Source of the DNA: the human T2T-CHM13v2.0 reference genome, Homo sapiens
Strand: one strand, 5' to 3'
DNA: 64,000 bases
Assembly: GCF_009914755.1 (NCBI RefSeq)
Contig: NC_060928.1
In this document: positions 13,689 to 28,357 of the stretch, in pieces
Position numbering within the stretch: position 1 is the first letter of the stretch
Layout: every line of letters starts with the position of its first letter
Notes under the pieces: model-generated
Seen by the model: the letters and a program-made list of their open reading frames with translations, nothing else
Told to the model about the DNA's origin: nothing
Databases searched by the model: none
Position numbers and translations under genes: made by a program

Positions 13689-15110
13689 TAGCTCTAGTAT
13701 GCATATATTCTAAATTCAAGAGACAAGGAGTTTTAAGCAAATTTGATAATCTGAAAGATATTCTCTCAGTAACTCTATAGTTAGTGACATTTCATTGTTG
13801 ATTATCACATATACTTCTATTCTCCTTTCTTTCCTTTAAATTGTTAAAATGTTTCCATTACTATTTTCAGGCCTGCCTCACCCACGCTATTCAGTGGATA
13901 ATCTTGCTTTCTAGTTCAGAGAAATAATTTAGGCATCAGAAAAGATTCTATAACATCCTCTAAGACACTCATAATCTCACCGTCATCTGCAGCCATCCTT
14001 ATATTTTAAGAGAAGCATTTTTTGGTCGTTATTTATTTTGTCAGATTACAGGCAACAGAACATCCACCCACACTGGATTAAGAGAAAAGGACAACGTTGG
14101 CTCAGGTAACTGGAAGGCTCCTGCATGAGTTCATTCAAGGATCCAAATGAGAAGACTAATTTTGAAATTCCAAGATTCATCTATTCATTAGCGCTTTGAA
14201 TCCCATTTCTTCCTGCTTGCCTCCTTGGATGTCCATCAGTCATCTCCTCCTTTTCTTTATCACTTCCAGTGTATTTTCCCTCAGTACATAAACATGTCCA
14301 GTCTATCCAAACTTACATATCCTTCCACAACATCTAAATTCATTGTTATGTGTAATCTCTCCCTTTGTCTTAAGATACCCTAGCTCAAACACTCAGACGC
14401 CTTTTCACTTCAAATCTTGTTTTAAAAGCCAGCTCCTCAAACTCAATATATCTGAAAATTAAAACCTCACTTTGAATCTCCTTAGAACTTGTCCTCTTTG
14501 CTTTAGATTTATCTTTGTCACAGAAGTGAAACAGGTCCCCTCTAAAGCTAGCACATGCATAATTCAATTGCTAACTATAATTGGCTTTTAGTTCTGCCCA
14601 CGTTTTCAGAGCTGGTAAGCTTCTCTTCCAACTCAAATGAGTCAAGTCCTCCCCTTACTGAAGGCATTATTTGCATGAACATGCAACCATGATCTTAATT
14701 TAAAAATCTTTAAACTTAGAAGATAGAGCCAGTTGTGTTGAAGATGGGGTTGTGACAAGAAGATATTTGGATATTTGGGTTACTATTCTAACTATTAGCA
14801 TTCTACTTTCATATGTAAGATATCAAATAACATTTTAAATGATTTTCACTGCTAATATTGCTTGAACACCACACTGCCTCACTGGTTAAAACATAAACTA
14901 CTTCATTGTGTATAAAACATTCTCAATTACTTTTTGCCCAGAGAATCCCTGTTAATTCTTCACTCCTTAATGGGTCATATGCTAATTTTCTAGAGCTGTC
15001 TTTGACTTATCTAGATTTGATGAAAACTATTGTTATTTGAAAATGAATCAAAGAATGACTTTTGGCTTCAGGGAGTTTATTATCTAGTGACATCTAAGAA
15101 CCATATACAA

Positions 15111-15373
15111 GCTGGGCACAGTAGCTCATGCCTATAATGTCAGAACTTTGGGAGGCCAAGGCAGGAGGAACCCCGTCTCTACTAACAATACAAAAATTAG
15201 CTGAGCATAATGGCGCATGCCTGTAATCCCAGCTACTCAGGAGGCTGAGGCAGGAGAATCTCTTGAACCCGTGAAGTGAAGGTTGCAGTCAGCCAAGATC
15301 GTGCCACTGCACTCCAGTCTGGGTGACAAGAGCAAAACTCCATCTCAGGAAAAAAACGAAAACAAAAACAAAA
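15111..15373 (+). mobile_element. AluS with an internal left-arm deletion
   Basis: ggcaggagga joins directly to accccgtctct, so the B-box region is missing. TSD AACCATATACAA at 15099-15110 and 15374-15385. Confidence 0.92.
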
Positions 15374-16311
15374 AACCATATACAAAATGTTTAGAAATGA
15401 GAAAGACAATATATAAGAATTGTCTAAGGTGTACTTATGAGGTAAGAGATTTTGGAGTGAAAGCAGGTAGAGGATAATTTACTTGTGAAGATTAGATTTA
15501 AGTAGAGATTACAGAAGACAAATGAAACTCAATCATGTGTGAGTAGATTACCTCTATTATAATTTATAGGTAATAAATATGTATGCTCCTACCGTAAGTG
15601 TTGTGGTGGGTACTACTTCATTTTGTTGATGTGATAATACTTACATATTAAAGCAATATGTTGATGAAATAAAGAATTTAATATAACAACCACAGAGGAA
15701 TTTTAAATTTGTGTAAGAATAGTTAACTTTTTGCTGAATATATCAGTTACTATCTTATCTATGTATTATCATCCAAATGAACTCTAGATATTTTAGAGCA
15801 ATAAAATGAAAAGCATTTTGAAGGTTCTTTTCCATGTTAATTTAAATTACTATTTTGATGATTACTATTTAGGATTCTTCTATTTGCAGGGTTTTGTTTG
15901 AAATAAATCTTCTCAAAATCAGGAACTATAAAGAATTCATTTTTTTACTCAGGAGCTTTGTGCCAAGTCCAGTGCTTAGTATGGTTTAAATAAATATAAA
16001 TTGAAAGGATTTGTGAATAAAGCTGCTCAATTCAGGTTGATGTTTTGCATTAATCTGAGAAGTAATGTAATTTTTTTTATTATGCCATAAAAGCAGAGAC
16101 AAATTAACTTTGGAGCAGAAGGCATACCTGGATAGCGTTCCAACTCTTTATAATTGTATCTTCCTAATGTGACTTGTCTTTAATGAAATGATGTGACTTC
16201 TAGGAATAATTGACACATTCTGCAGAGAAAATTGTATAGACATACAGTAGTTTTCCAAAAAAAATTCACTATTTTATGTATACTTTAATGTTTTAAAAAA
16301 TCAAAATATTG

Positions 16312-16605
<294 letters not shown>

Positions 16606-17116
16606 AAATGAAAATATTTGTCATTTTTTCCCTATGGAATCTGCATAATCAATGTAGATGTATCTTTTTTTCTTTGGCAGTTTTCTATTTCTTAATAAAA
16701 CATTTTTTTCTAAATATCTTTTTGACTTAGTCACAGAGAATAATTTGGCTTCAAGCAGGACATTCTTATTTATTTTATTTTTGTTTCTTTAAGCTAGGGG
16801 AGAAACTTGAACAGCCATAACAACTTTAGTTGTAGAAACAGAATGGTCAGTAAATTCCCACTGTGCTTATCTGATAAAAATAATAGAAAAGGCAGATAGT
16901 GGCATAATCTCTGGAATGCCATAGGAAAAACAATATTTCACACCAAAGGTGCTTTCTGTTATTCACTCATTAACATTTGTTTTAAACAAATCTGTGTTTG
17001 ATGTTTGGTTTTGCCGCTGTCTTTGTAACTGTGGGTAATTTCCCTGAGCCTCAGAGCCCCTAGGTAAATTTGAGTTTGTAATGACTTTTCTCAAGCATTG
17101 TCATATGAACATTTTA

Positions 17117-17578
<462 letters not shown>

Positions 17579-19469
17579 AAACTTATATTCCAATGTTCCC
17601 ATTATGCACAAATTTTCTATAATTGTGAAGAACACTAAAATGCGAAGCAACGAGGACTGAATTGCCTTCATCTGGTCTGACAAACTTATTTTCTCCTTTT
17701 ATCAGATGGAGCAGAATAGCATCCTTTCTGGCTTGAATTCAAAATTTAGAAAAATAAGCTTGGAGTACAACCAAAGATAAGTTGTATTCCTTCATTCAGT
17801 CATCAACTATATCTTATGTTCCATACTCTGTTTCAAAGCAGGCAATCAGTAATGAGTTTTTAATATTTTCTGAATTATAAGTGAGGCAGAATGCTGTTAG
17901 ACTCTTCACACTGAATTTAACATCTCTAAAGTAAGTTACAATTGACAACAAGGATGAATTGTAGAACGTAGCCAGTCATATTTCAAAATTCCCATGAATT
18001 TACTTTGTTTTTAAACTTTTTAGGAGTGTATTTTATCTATAATTGGTTAAGTATAGCTAATGCTTCATGTAAGTTTGAGAACTTCTCAATAATCATGATT
18101 CTCACTAACCTTTGTTGAACCTTGACTGTATCCTAATCATATTGTTAAACAATACACATTACATGTAATTCTTACCACAAACACTGTTGGTCAAAATACA
18201 ATTGGGAAAAAAAAAGTCCCCTGTAGGTATTTTAAGCAGGAAGGAATTTGTTAAAGATTGTTAAATGGCTTACATAATCCTGAGTAGTGCTAAAACAGGA
18301 ACGATTTTTGGTTGAGATTTTAGGAAAGCCATGCTGTAAGATTAAGTTCCAGGAGAACTACTGTCGTATCTATCATAAGCAGGTGACCGCTCTTCCACTG
18401 CCATACTCAAGAAACTACCCATAATCAGGACGATGCCATTACATTGTCGTAAGAAAAGTTTTATCAAGACACAAAAATTATTGAATGATTGAATTTTTCC
18501 GAATTATTGAGTTCTGTATTAATAAAATAATGCATCTTTTTTGTTTTTACAATATACATGTAAGCATACGGCCACCAAAGAAGAACTTCTCCTCTCTGTA
18601 GTAAAGGATAATACACTCATTACTTATTATTTCGTAAAACTTCAGAATAGATGTTTCTTGAGCATATTTTCTGGTTTACGATCTGCTGTGAGCTCCAAGG
18701 CAGACAAACTATTCTTTGAGTTTGAAATCAAGTCTAAAATAGAGCAAAATATGAGTAGCCTAATAAAGTTCATAATATATAGATAGGCAAAAAATGCTGC
18801 TTTTATTTTCCCATGGAAGCAAGTTAGGCATTAGTAGTAACTGATCTTTACACTTAAAATGTTAAAAGAAATCTCTGATAAACTTAATGATTCCTCAGTA
18901 TTGAACTTTGGGTGTTAAGAGGCAAATGTTTTTTTCTGAGAATGTATTTCTCTTTTTTTGTGTCTGTATATTGCAGTAACTTAAACCATCAATGTCATTT
19001 GACTCAGAAACACTTTAAACAGTGTAACTTTTATGTCTTCTGTCATTTCTTATAAAAATATCTTGGGCCATCTAATGAATGATGTGCTGGACAAGAAAGC
19101 CTGCTGAAATCTCCTGTGTACATCTGCTCCTGATATTGTTTGTCATTCTGTATCCACCACAGTTTTCTACATTTTCAGACATTATAAGAGACTACTTATA
19201 CCCAAACACATGAAACATTACAGGGTATATATTACCAGGACTACTGATGTGACATGACTTTATAAAGTGAAATCCATTATACACAAGGATTTGAGAAATA
19301 CAATTGCCATCTTTAGATTACTAACTTGGTGCTCTTTCAAATCACTATTCTTTATTAAGTGGGTCTTGTTAGAAATTTACTAAAGATTGTTGTGGGGAAA
19401 ACAGAGTAGAGCGTATGAATTTTATAGTATGTCTAGTTTCTTATGAAAACTCTCACTAAATAGATCTCT

Positions 19470-19787
<318 letters not shown>

Positions 19788-20189
19788 AATAGATCTCTTT
19801 TATATATGTCTCTACTCTGCCTTCTAGCCTCTGTGTCTCCATTTCTCCATGGCTCAGTGCTTTCTGTGTGGGCTTTGCATTACAGGATCTTCATAATGAG
19901 AACGCAGTGTTAGTATGTGATTTTCTGTGTTTCATTGTAATTAACTCTCTATAGTAGGTGTCAGGATAGCATGGTCTTGTCTTATTGCAATATTTTGCAT
20001 GTTAAAACTGTAAGAAAGCCTCAAAGGTTTTAGGTTGCCACTTTAAAATAATGGGTTCTATAATATGCAGCTTTAGAATTTTTTCCATTTATGTTATCAA
20101 AGTAAAACTGAAGTAAGTAGGTTTAGCTAAATATGCATTGTTTAAATATGCATATATTCATATATGTATGTGTATGCATTTATGTATAT

Positions 20190-21345
20190 GTCTTGACTAC
20201 TACTTCACACCATACACAAAAATCAAATACCAATGAAGTGAACATTTTAGAAAAAAATTATGTAGTATCTTTATCACTTTGGAGGAATTATGATGTCTTA
20301 AATGGAACTCGTGATAAAGGAAAATGGTAATTTGGAATGCCTTAAAATAAGAGGTTCTATTCTTCAAAAGACACCCTATATAGAATGAATAGGCAACCCA
20401 CAGAGTGGGAAACAGTTTCACAGTATAGGTATCCAAAAAGAAAAAAAGAAATTGTATTCAAAATAAGCAAAGAACACTTACAAAGTAATAGTATAAGAAA
20501 AAGATAAATAAACCCAATGAGCAAAAGATTTGAACAGATACTCAATAAAAAAGATCCAAGTTGCCAAGATCAGCAAACATATGAAAAGTTCTAAACTACA
20601 TTGGTTATCAGAAAAATGCAAGTTAAGACCACAGTGAGATATACTACAAATTCACTATAATGTCTACAATGAAAAACAGCCACTACAATTTCTTGGGCAG
20701 GGTATGAAGCAACAAAAACTCTTATTCAGTATGGAAAAATGGGCAGTATTGACCAAAGTTGAGCATCACATTTTAAGAAGGAATCATTTCAAGAAAGTGT
20801 TATATAAGTTCACCAAAACCCATTTTGAGAATATTTCTGGAATCTCTATTTGTGGGAAACACTCACAAAAAGCAATACATTAAAAGAAAACAAAAAAGAT
20901 AGCTTCCATAAAACAGACAAACAAAAGTCTATTCAAATGACCAGTCAAAGTAGATGTATAGATACAGTGTAATTATCGGTATACAATGGATTATTATATA
21001 GCAATAAGAATAAATCATCTATAATTATACAGAATATGAGCACTCTCACAAATATAAGGTTGAGCTAATAAAATATAACACAAAGTAACACACATTATAA
21101 ATTATCTTGATATAAAGTACAAAAAGAAGCTAAATAATATATGGTATTAGAATTCAGGATAATGGCTACCCTTTGTTGGGGACTATCCGAAGGTGAACGA
21201 GGAGGGATTCTGGGTGTTGGAGTAATCCTATTTCTTGACCTGGGTGCTGATTATTTAGTTGTGTTTAGTTTGTCAATATTCAGCAAGCTTTATGATTATG
21301 ATATGTGCAATTTTCTATATGCATTTTAAGGTTTAGCAAAAAGTT
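20190..21345 (+). mobile_element. Old L1 (L1ME/MC-type) ORF2 end and 3' UTR
   Basis: cttcacaccatacacaaaaatcaa, aggcaacccacagagtggga, atcagaaaaatgcaagttaagaccacagtgagata, and the 3' UTR motif atttcttgacctgggtgctgatta. Confidence 0.85.
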
Positions 21346-22149
21346 AAAGAAACGATAAAGAACACAATTGCTGAAAAGGCATACAAAAATAAAAAGGTCC
21401 TTCTTGGGAGAATGTCAGAGAATTTTGTTATAGCAATAAACTGCTCATGATGCATAAAGAGGAAGTAGCCATAAGAATTCAAAGGAACTTATACAGAGCC
21501 AAATAATCACGTATACAAAAACTACTGTACCATGTAATGTGGAGGTGTTTGCTGTATAAATCTAAGTTGGAAACATCCCTCAATAAATAGAGAGATTTTT
21601 TCTCATATTGAGGGAATGATGGGAGCTACTGCTCCCAGCTCAATCATATTAACTAGTAGTTTTTTGTCATTTTATATTCTTAAAACGACTGGAAACTGTA
21701 ACTTGAGAATGTGTAGGTTGTTTCTGATAGAGTTATATACATTGACGAGTTATATACTCTTTATTTTTCACTAGGTAGTCATATTCAGTAGTGCTCTCAA
21801 TTTAAGTTGTGAGTTGTAGGTATAATATCTTCTGATTTCTGAAATTAAATTATATTTGGCTCTACTATCACATTGACCAGAGTGGAGAGATGTCCACTGT
21901 CAAGCACTAAAGTGGACCTTTCCTCTTTAACTGCTCTTATTTTGCAAAAAGCAGAGAGTTATGTACATAAATGTGTATCAGTCAAAAAATAATTTATATG
22001 TAACATATATTTTTCTATTGTTCTGAGTGCAGACGTCTTAAATATTAAATCCAGCATGCATTCTGACATTGTCTTCTAACTTGATATATTGTTAACACTT
22101 AAAATATTTTATCACCAAATATGGTACTGTCCTTTTAATTGCATCCTGA

Positions 22150-22680
22150 GAATTTTTTTTCTGATTTCCTACGTCTTTAACTATAACTTCTCCATCTCTC
22201 TCTCTCACTTTCTTTCTCTTTCTCTTCATCCTTGCCCATTCAATATTGGGTTTCCCAAAGTTTGCTCCTGGACCTTCTTTTCATTTTATTCTCTATGCAC
22301 TGTATGAAAGGAATCTGTCTACTCCCATATTCTCAACAAACCCCTGTATGTTTGTATCTTCAGACCTGACAATTTCTTAGACTTTCAATCTAGGATTAAC
22401 TACTGTCTAGCAATCATCATGACATATGGCAAACTTACTGTTCTATAGGAATCTCATAATCAACATGAATCAAACTGATTTCATTGTTCTGCCTAAAGTG
22501 TTTCTCCTTTTGTAATACTTGCATGGCATTATCTTTTTTCTTATAATTCATCACTAAAGCATAGATTCAACCCATAAGTCTCTTTAATATATCAGTCCTC
22601 TTCCATCACACTTCTTTAACCTGATTGAAGTTTCCTTCACTTTTTTGCATACCTCGCTGCAATAACTTTTTTTCCTACTT
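22150..22680 (+). mobile_element. L2 fragment
   Basis: Degenerate match to the L2 RT GVPQGSVLGPLLF-coding region (attgggtttcccaaagtttgctcctggaccttcttttc); pyrimidine-rich. Confidence 0.55.
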
Positions 22681-25600
22681 CTGATCCAAGCAGAAAGATG
22701 TAAGGAATAGTCACATCTATGTCTGTTTTTAGGGAAGCAAAAGCTTTCATAAAAAAGTGCACAGCAGATTTTTGCTTAATTTGTATCCTCACAACTGAGA
22801 ACTACTTGTGCTCTAACAGCAAAGGAGCTTAGAAAATTGTAGACTGCTGTTATATTTGGCTTAAAACAAATATGATCTCTGTCTCCTAAACTACATTTTA
22901 AGGAAAGATGAGGCATACTGACTATTATACAAGGAAGTATAGGCAAATAGCACTGGATGTCAAAGATCTGGAGACTGAGAAGGACTCATGTCAAGCAGTC
23001 CAGGCAGAGGGAAACTCAAGCACAAACAACTGAGGTGGGAAAGTCTTTGTGGCAACTGAGGAATAACGGTAGGCTATTGTGGCCTGATAGAAGTGAGAAA
23101 GATGGGTATACAGATGATAGATTCAGAGATATAGAAGCTAGATTACAATGTCTACCCCCTGCATGAGATACTCCAATTCTCAAGTTGAAGAACCGCATTC
23201 TATGCATGTCTTTATTCTAAGCACCTTTTATAGTCTAGGGTAATAGTAAGTTTAATAGCTTTTAATGAATGAATTACTTGTAACACTTTATATAAATATA
23301 TTAAAGTGCTCTGTGATTTCTTTTTATACATAGTTTAAATTATTCACAAGAATATATATTACTAGGTCAAAATTATCTCATGACTGATAGTCATCTTCTT
23401 CAGCATAGATTTCTCTAAGGTTAATCATATTATTTGAAACCATAAAAGCCTTTAACAGTCAATTGCTTCAATTCCATGGTCCACCCTTTTATTTTTTCAA
23501 AAGAAGCCATATGAAAAAATTACATTGAAATATTGATCTCAGTGATCAAAATAATTTAATAAATTTTCTATGTATTTTTAACTATGAAGTTCTGATCATA
23601 TTTGATGTTGCACAGCTGTAAAAAATGTACAAGTAACTCTGTTCAATGGTATTTGATTTTAAAAATTACAGACACTGATTTTTAAAATTGGGCCCTGAAG
23701 TTTGGATAAATGGACTATTTAACCAAAATGTGAAATTACATATATAATACATTAATATTAATTTAGATTGTGTGTCATTTTTCTCATATTGAACTGAAAA
23801 GAAATGAGTGTTACTATTATTTTCTTTGCAATTGCCTTTGAAGTTCTCTTTAAACACAAAGTACAAGTTCCAATGAGGAAACTATTAGCAATGATTTCTA
23901 TTATGGTCATAACAGAAAGCTGTTTGTGAAAATAATTTATAATGTGCTACAGTTGGTTAAATTTAGTACCATACTATGTGTTATGACATTCAAAAAAGGT
24001 TTTGTAATTTATTTTTTACACAATTTATAAAACAACTGAATGGTTTCCAATTTTCTGTTTCACTTCATTGAGACCAAGATACGTTTAAAACATATGCATA
24101 TTTATACACACATACACACTCACAAAAATCTGCATACATTGTACCTGAATGTATATGTTTTATATTACACAAGTTTGAATATGCAGACACTATATAAGTG
24201 CGTATATGTATGCACACATATACACTTTATTTTTTTATGTAAGCCCAAATGAAAAAGATATTTGGTAAATTTTGTGTAATTAATTATATTTGTAAAGCAC
24301 AGATTTAGTTTCCAGATTCTATTATACCATATACTAAATTATTTCAAAAATCTAATTTTTATTTCCTGTGTTTTCCATCTGGTCTTCTTACATTGTCATT
24401 CTAAGATCTGTTTCTAAAATAATGTTGGGAAATGGAGTGTTGATTTCTTCTTTACTAAAATATATTTTCATTATTTTTGAAGTAATGAAAACATATCTAT
24501 TTTTGTTTAGTTAGCTGACAACACCTTTTTCCATTATTTTATTTTTAGATGGCTAAGTTTAAACTTGACTGTGTGCCTTTTAAAATTCAAAGTGAAATAA
24601 TCAGACTACTCTACTTTCATTTGCTATCAACTGAAGGATTAGCAATTTCAACTAGAGTACAACATAATCAATAATGGCTGAATTTATACTCAAGATCACC
24701 ATACTTGAAGCTATCCTTTTCCTTCTTGGAAGCATAATAAAGTCCATCATAAATTTGGACAGGAAGAAGTCCCTCAATTTTTTTAAGTATCTGTCAGTCT
24801 CTTAAAGTCCACTTTTATGGAAGGAAGTAAAATAATAAATCACAAACCATTAGTTATGAAAGGTCAGTCATATATTTCTAAATACACTATTCTATCATTT
24901 AAAGTCTAGTTTTATGTATAGCTAAGCAGACAATGTTTTGCTATTTTCATACTATTAAGATCAATAAAAATACATCCTAAACCAGAATTGTAAGGATAAC
25001 TTAGATTTACATTATTTTATTGGATTGCAACAAAAATAGAGCAGGCTTATATTTATTTTATTACTAAATTATAGCTTCAACCTTCATATGATCCCAGAGT
25101 ATCTAATAAACATTAAATAATGACTCTAATGCTTACGATATCTTCCAGGTTCAGAAGCCACTGGAGATGAAAAGCAAGGTTTTACTGTGCTTGCCATACT
25201 CATTCTAGAAATATAAAGCTGCATCTACAGTTGAAATTTAGAGGGAATATTAAAGTGACATAGTATTACTCACTTATTAACTTGAAGCAAAAGCTATTTA
25301 ATCTCCATAAAATGCTACATTCATGTAGTCTACAAACACAATCATGTATATTTATTTTTTTCTGAAAATAAAACTTCCCAAAATACTTCAATATGACATT
25401 ATTTTCTTGAATTAAACATTAGTGTTTCCTTAGGTACCATAATGTGTGGCTATATAACTCCTCCCTAATGCTTCCCACCCCAAACAAATTCACACATACA
25501 TTTCTCTTTATTTATCACAAACTAGTTCTACTCTTCTAAACTAGAATAGTGCATTTCCCAGTGAAATATTCAGGTCTCAACTTCTTGACTTCCAAAGGTT

Positions 25601-25699
25601 TGTTCCAGATGACAATCTCCATTTAAGAGTTCTCCATATAAGTGAGAACTACTCAAGGAACTACGTTAAATTATCCTTTCCATAGACTGGAGATCTGTA

Positions 25700-26736
25700 C
25701 TTTCTTTAATCTTCTGTTGCTGTGCCAAATCTTGTAGCATTTTAATTATCTTTTAAACCTTCTCCAAAGAGCATTTTCTTGAATTACACTGTTCAAAACT
25801 CCACATAATCTCCCAGCAAAATTATAGACATTGGTCTAAATGATAGTAGGACATTATTCTTTTCCATCTTGCATAACTACATCAAAATTGATTTAAAATA
25901 TTATATTTTAAAACTCACAGTGGTGTCATCTGGCACTATTTAATTTCTCCTCAAAGTACTGTCTTCTTTTGGTTTTCAAGACATTGCATCTCCTTTCTTC
26001 CGTATTTGTATCTCTGTCTACTCAGTTTTTTACATATGCTCTTTTTCCTTTATCTAAACATGTTTTTATTAGGTCCTACCTCTCCAATCGTCTCTTTACT
26101 TTTGCTGGGTGATCATATTTATGGTCATTTCTTAAATTGTCACTTATGTAACAATGCTTTAAAGATTAAATTTCAACCTCCTTCCAGATATGCCCATCTG
26201 ATACTTCCATTTGGGTATTCTAATCTTCCATTTTACCCTCAGCACCTCCAGATGAATGACATTATCTGTTCCCAAAGTTCAAAGACTGAAACTTGGAAGC
26301 CACTCTTCATCCCAGCTGTCACTGCCTCAGTTCAGGGAGTTCCCTTGAATTTTTCAAATAACGTTCCTATTCTGTTCTCTGTCCCTATTTTCCTGCTTTC
26401 TTCTCTTTCCCTTCCACCAACCTTTTCAGGTTCTCTTTAAAAATATTACCGGTCGGGCGCGGTGGTTCACGCCTGTAATCCCAACACTTTGGGAGGCCGA
26501 GGAGGGCAGATCACGAGGTCAGGAGACAGAGACCATCCTGGCTAACATGGTGAAACACGGTCTCTACTAAAAATACAAAAAATTAGCCGGGCGAGGTGGC
26601 CGGCGCCTGTAGTCCCAGCTACTTAGGGGGCTGAGGCCGGAGAGTGGCGTGAACCCGGGAGGCGGAGCCTGCAGTGAGCCGACATCGCGCCAGGGCACTC
26701 CAGCCTGGGCGACAGAGCGAGACTCCGTCTCAAAAA

Positions 26737-26768
<32 letters not shown>

Positions 26769-27140
26769 AGTACCACAATGTTTTTATAATATGCCAATTA
26801 GATGACATGCTATTGCCCTTGCTTGGACTGGCCTTTCTCACCCTGTGTTCCAAGTTTCATGTAAATATTACAAAATATTTCCTAACTTCCCCAGGAAGTT
26901 GATAGAACATTCCACTTCATATTTCCATTAGACCTTTCATAATTGCCATTCTCTTGAATCCAAAGTACTGGTTACCATCCTGGCCTATAAGGCACAGACA
27001 GTCTCCAGCTCTGGCCTATAAAGCAGAGACAGACAATGTCCTTATGTGTGAGTATCTTTAATACTTAGGAAATTGCTGCAGCAGAGTAAAGACTCAACAA
27101 GTGTTTATCAAAAATGAATGAATAAATGAATGAACGAACA
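25700..27140 (+). mobile_element. L2 fragment(s) interrupted by an AluY
   Basis: Pyrimidine-rich L2-like sequence ending ctcaacaagtgtttatcaaaatgaatgaataaatgaatgaa, the L2 3' tail. Confidence 0.6.
26451..26768 (+). mobile_element. AluY (Ye/Yf-like variants), CpG-rich, with (AAAT)n tail
   Basis: Full dimer retaining many CpGs; ggcgaggtgg and ggagcctgcag variants. Confidence 0.93.
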
Positions 27141-28357
27141 CATACATGAATACATATGTTCATCTTAGGCACAGCCTGTCATGGTAAACACTTATAATAG
27201 GCAGATATAGTAGCAGAAACTTCAATTTTCTTAGTTATTCCAGTGATTTTTCATATAGTAGGTAAGTATTAATGCTATTTCAATTGATAAGAAGCATTTC
27301 AATTTAAGAATCTATTTAACAAGATTTCAGTAAGTGGAAGGCTCAGATTTCCTGTTTATGTCATTACTCCTCATATGGAGCAAGATTGGAAGGTAATTAA
27401 TAATGAACTAATTAAATAGAAGACTACATGAGGAGTAAAAATTAACAGTCAGGGAAGTAGATGCTTCATTAATTTATTTACTCAACAAATATTCATTTAG
27501 TGTGTAGTTGGTTGGGCTCTGTTAGATTGCAGATTCACAGCAGAGATAATATGGCCTTCTATGTTTCCCGGTAACTACAGACTTTTCTATAAAAATGCTT
27601 ACTCAAAATTTTTACCTGGTTGTCCTATGACACTCAAACATATTACGTCCAAAACCAAAGTCTTAAATTTTTTTCCCAAACATCTATTGCTGTGTGGTTT
27701 CTTTTTGTCATTCAAATCTCAGTTCAAAATTCACCTCATGGAGACATTCCTGTACCTCACTTAAATTCTTATGGACTCTTCGCAAGTCTCTTACTAGCTT
27801 ATTTATTTCTTTTACTCTTTTCTAAAAACCCTAATAAGAATCTGGAAGTATCTTGTCTATTTTGTTTACCTGCATGGTCTCTGTATGCAGCCAAACGTAC
27901 ATAAACTCTATGAGAGCAGACATTCTGAGTGTCTTATTCATGCTCTGTCTTCAGCGTACAGAAGAAAGTGCTCTTGTGAAATTTAAAATTTTGGAAATTT
28001 TAAAGTGGAAATTTTGAAGTGGAAACATTCCACTTCATATCTGCATTAGACTTTTCATAATTGCCATTCTTTCAGTCTCAGAAGAAAAAGTGTACAGAAG
28101 AAAATGCTCTAGTGAAATTTAAAATTGTGGAAAATATTTCACTTTCAGTCTCATGAAGAAACCTGATGTACATACTTTAAAATACACAATATTGTTTTGG
28201 TACTCTTGATGCTCTGATCTGGAAGGACTCTTTGTTGGAAAGTGCCGAGCGCAGGCTGACAATAATTTAGCCTCTTAGTAAAATCAGTTCAATTGCTCAT
28301 GCAGAATTGTATTTGGTTTACTATATTATATATATTTATATATTTATGTGCATATAG

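Noticed and set aside
26006-26440. 144-aa ORF, the longest in the track
   Set aside because: Non-ATG start, Leu/Phe/Ser-rich translation of pyrimidine-rich L2-like sequence, and no recognisable domain.
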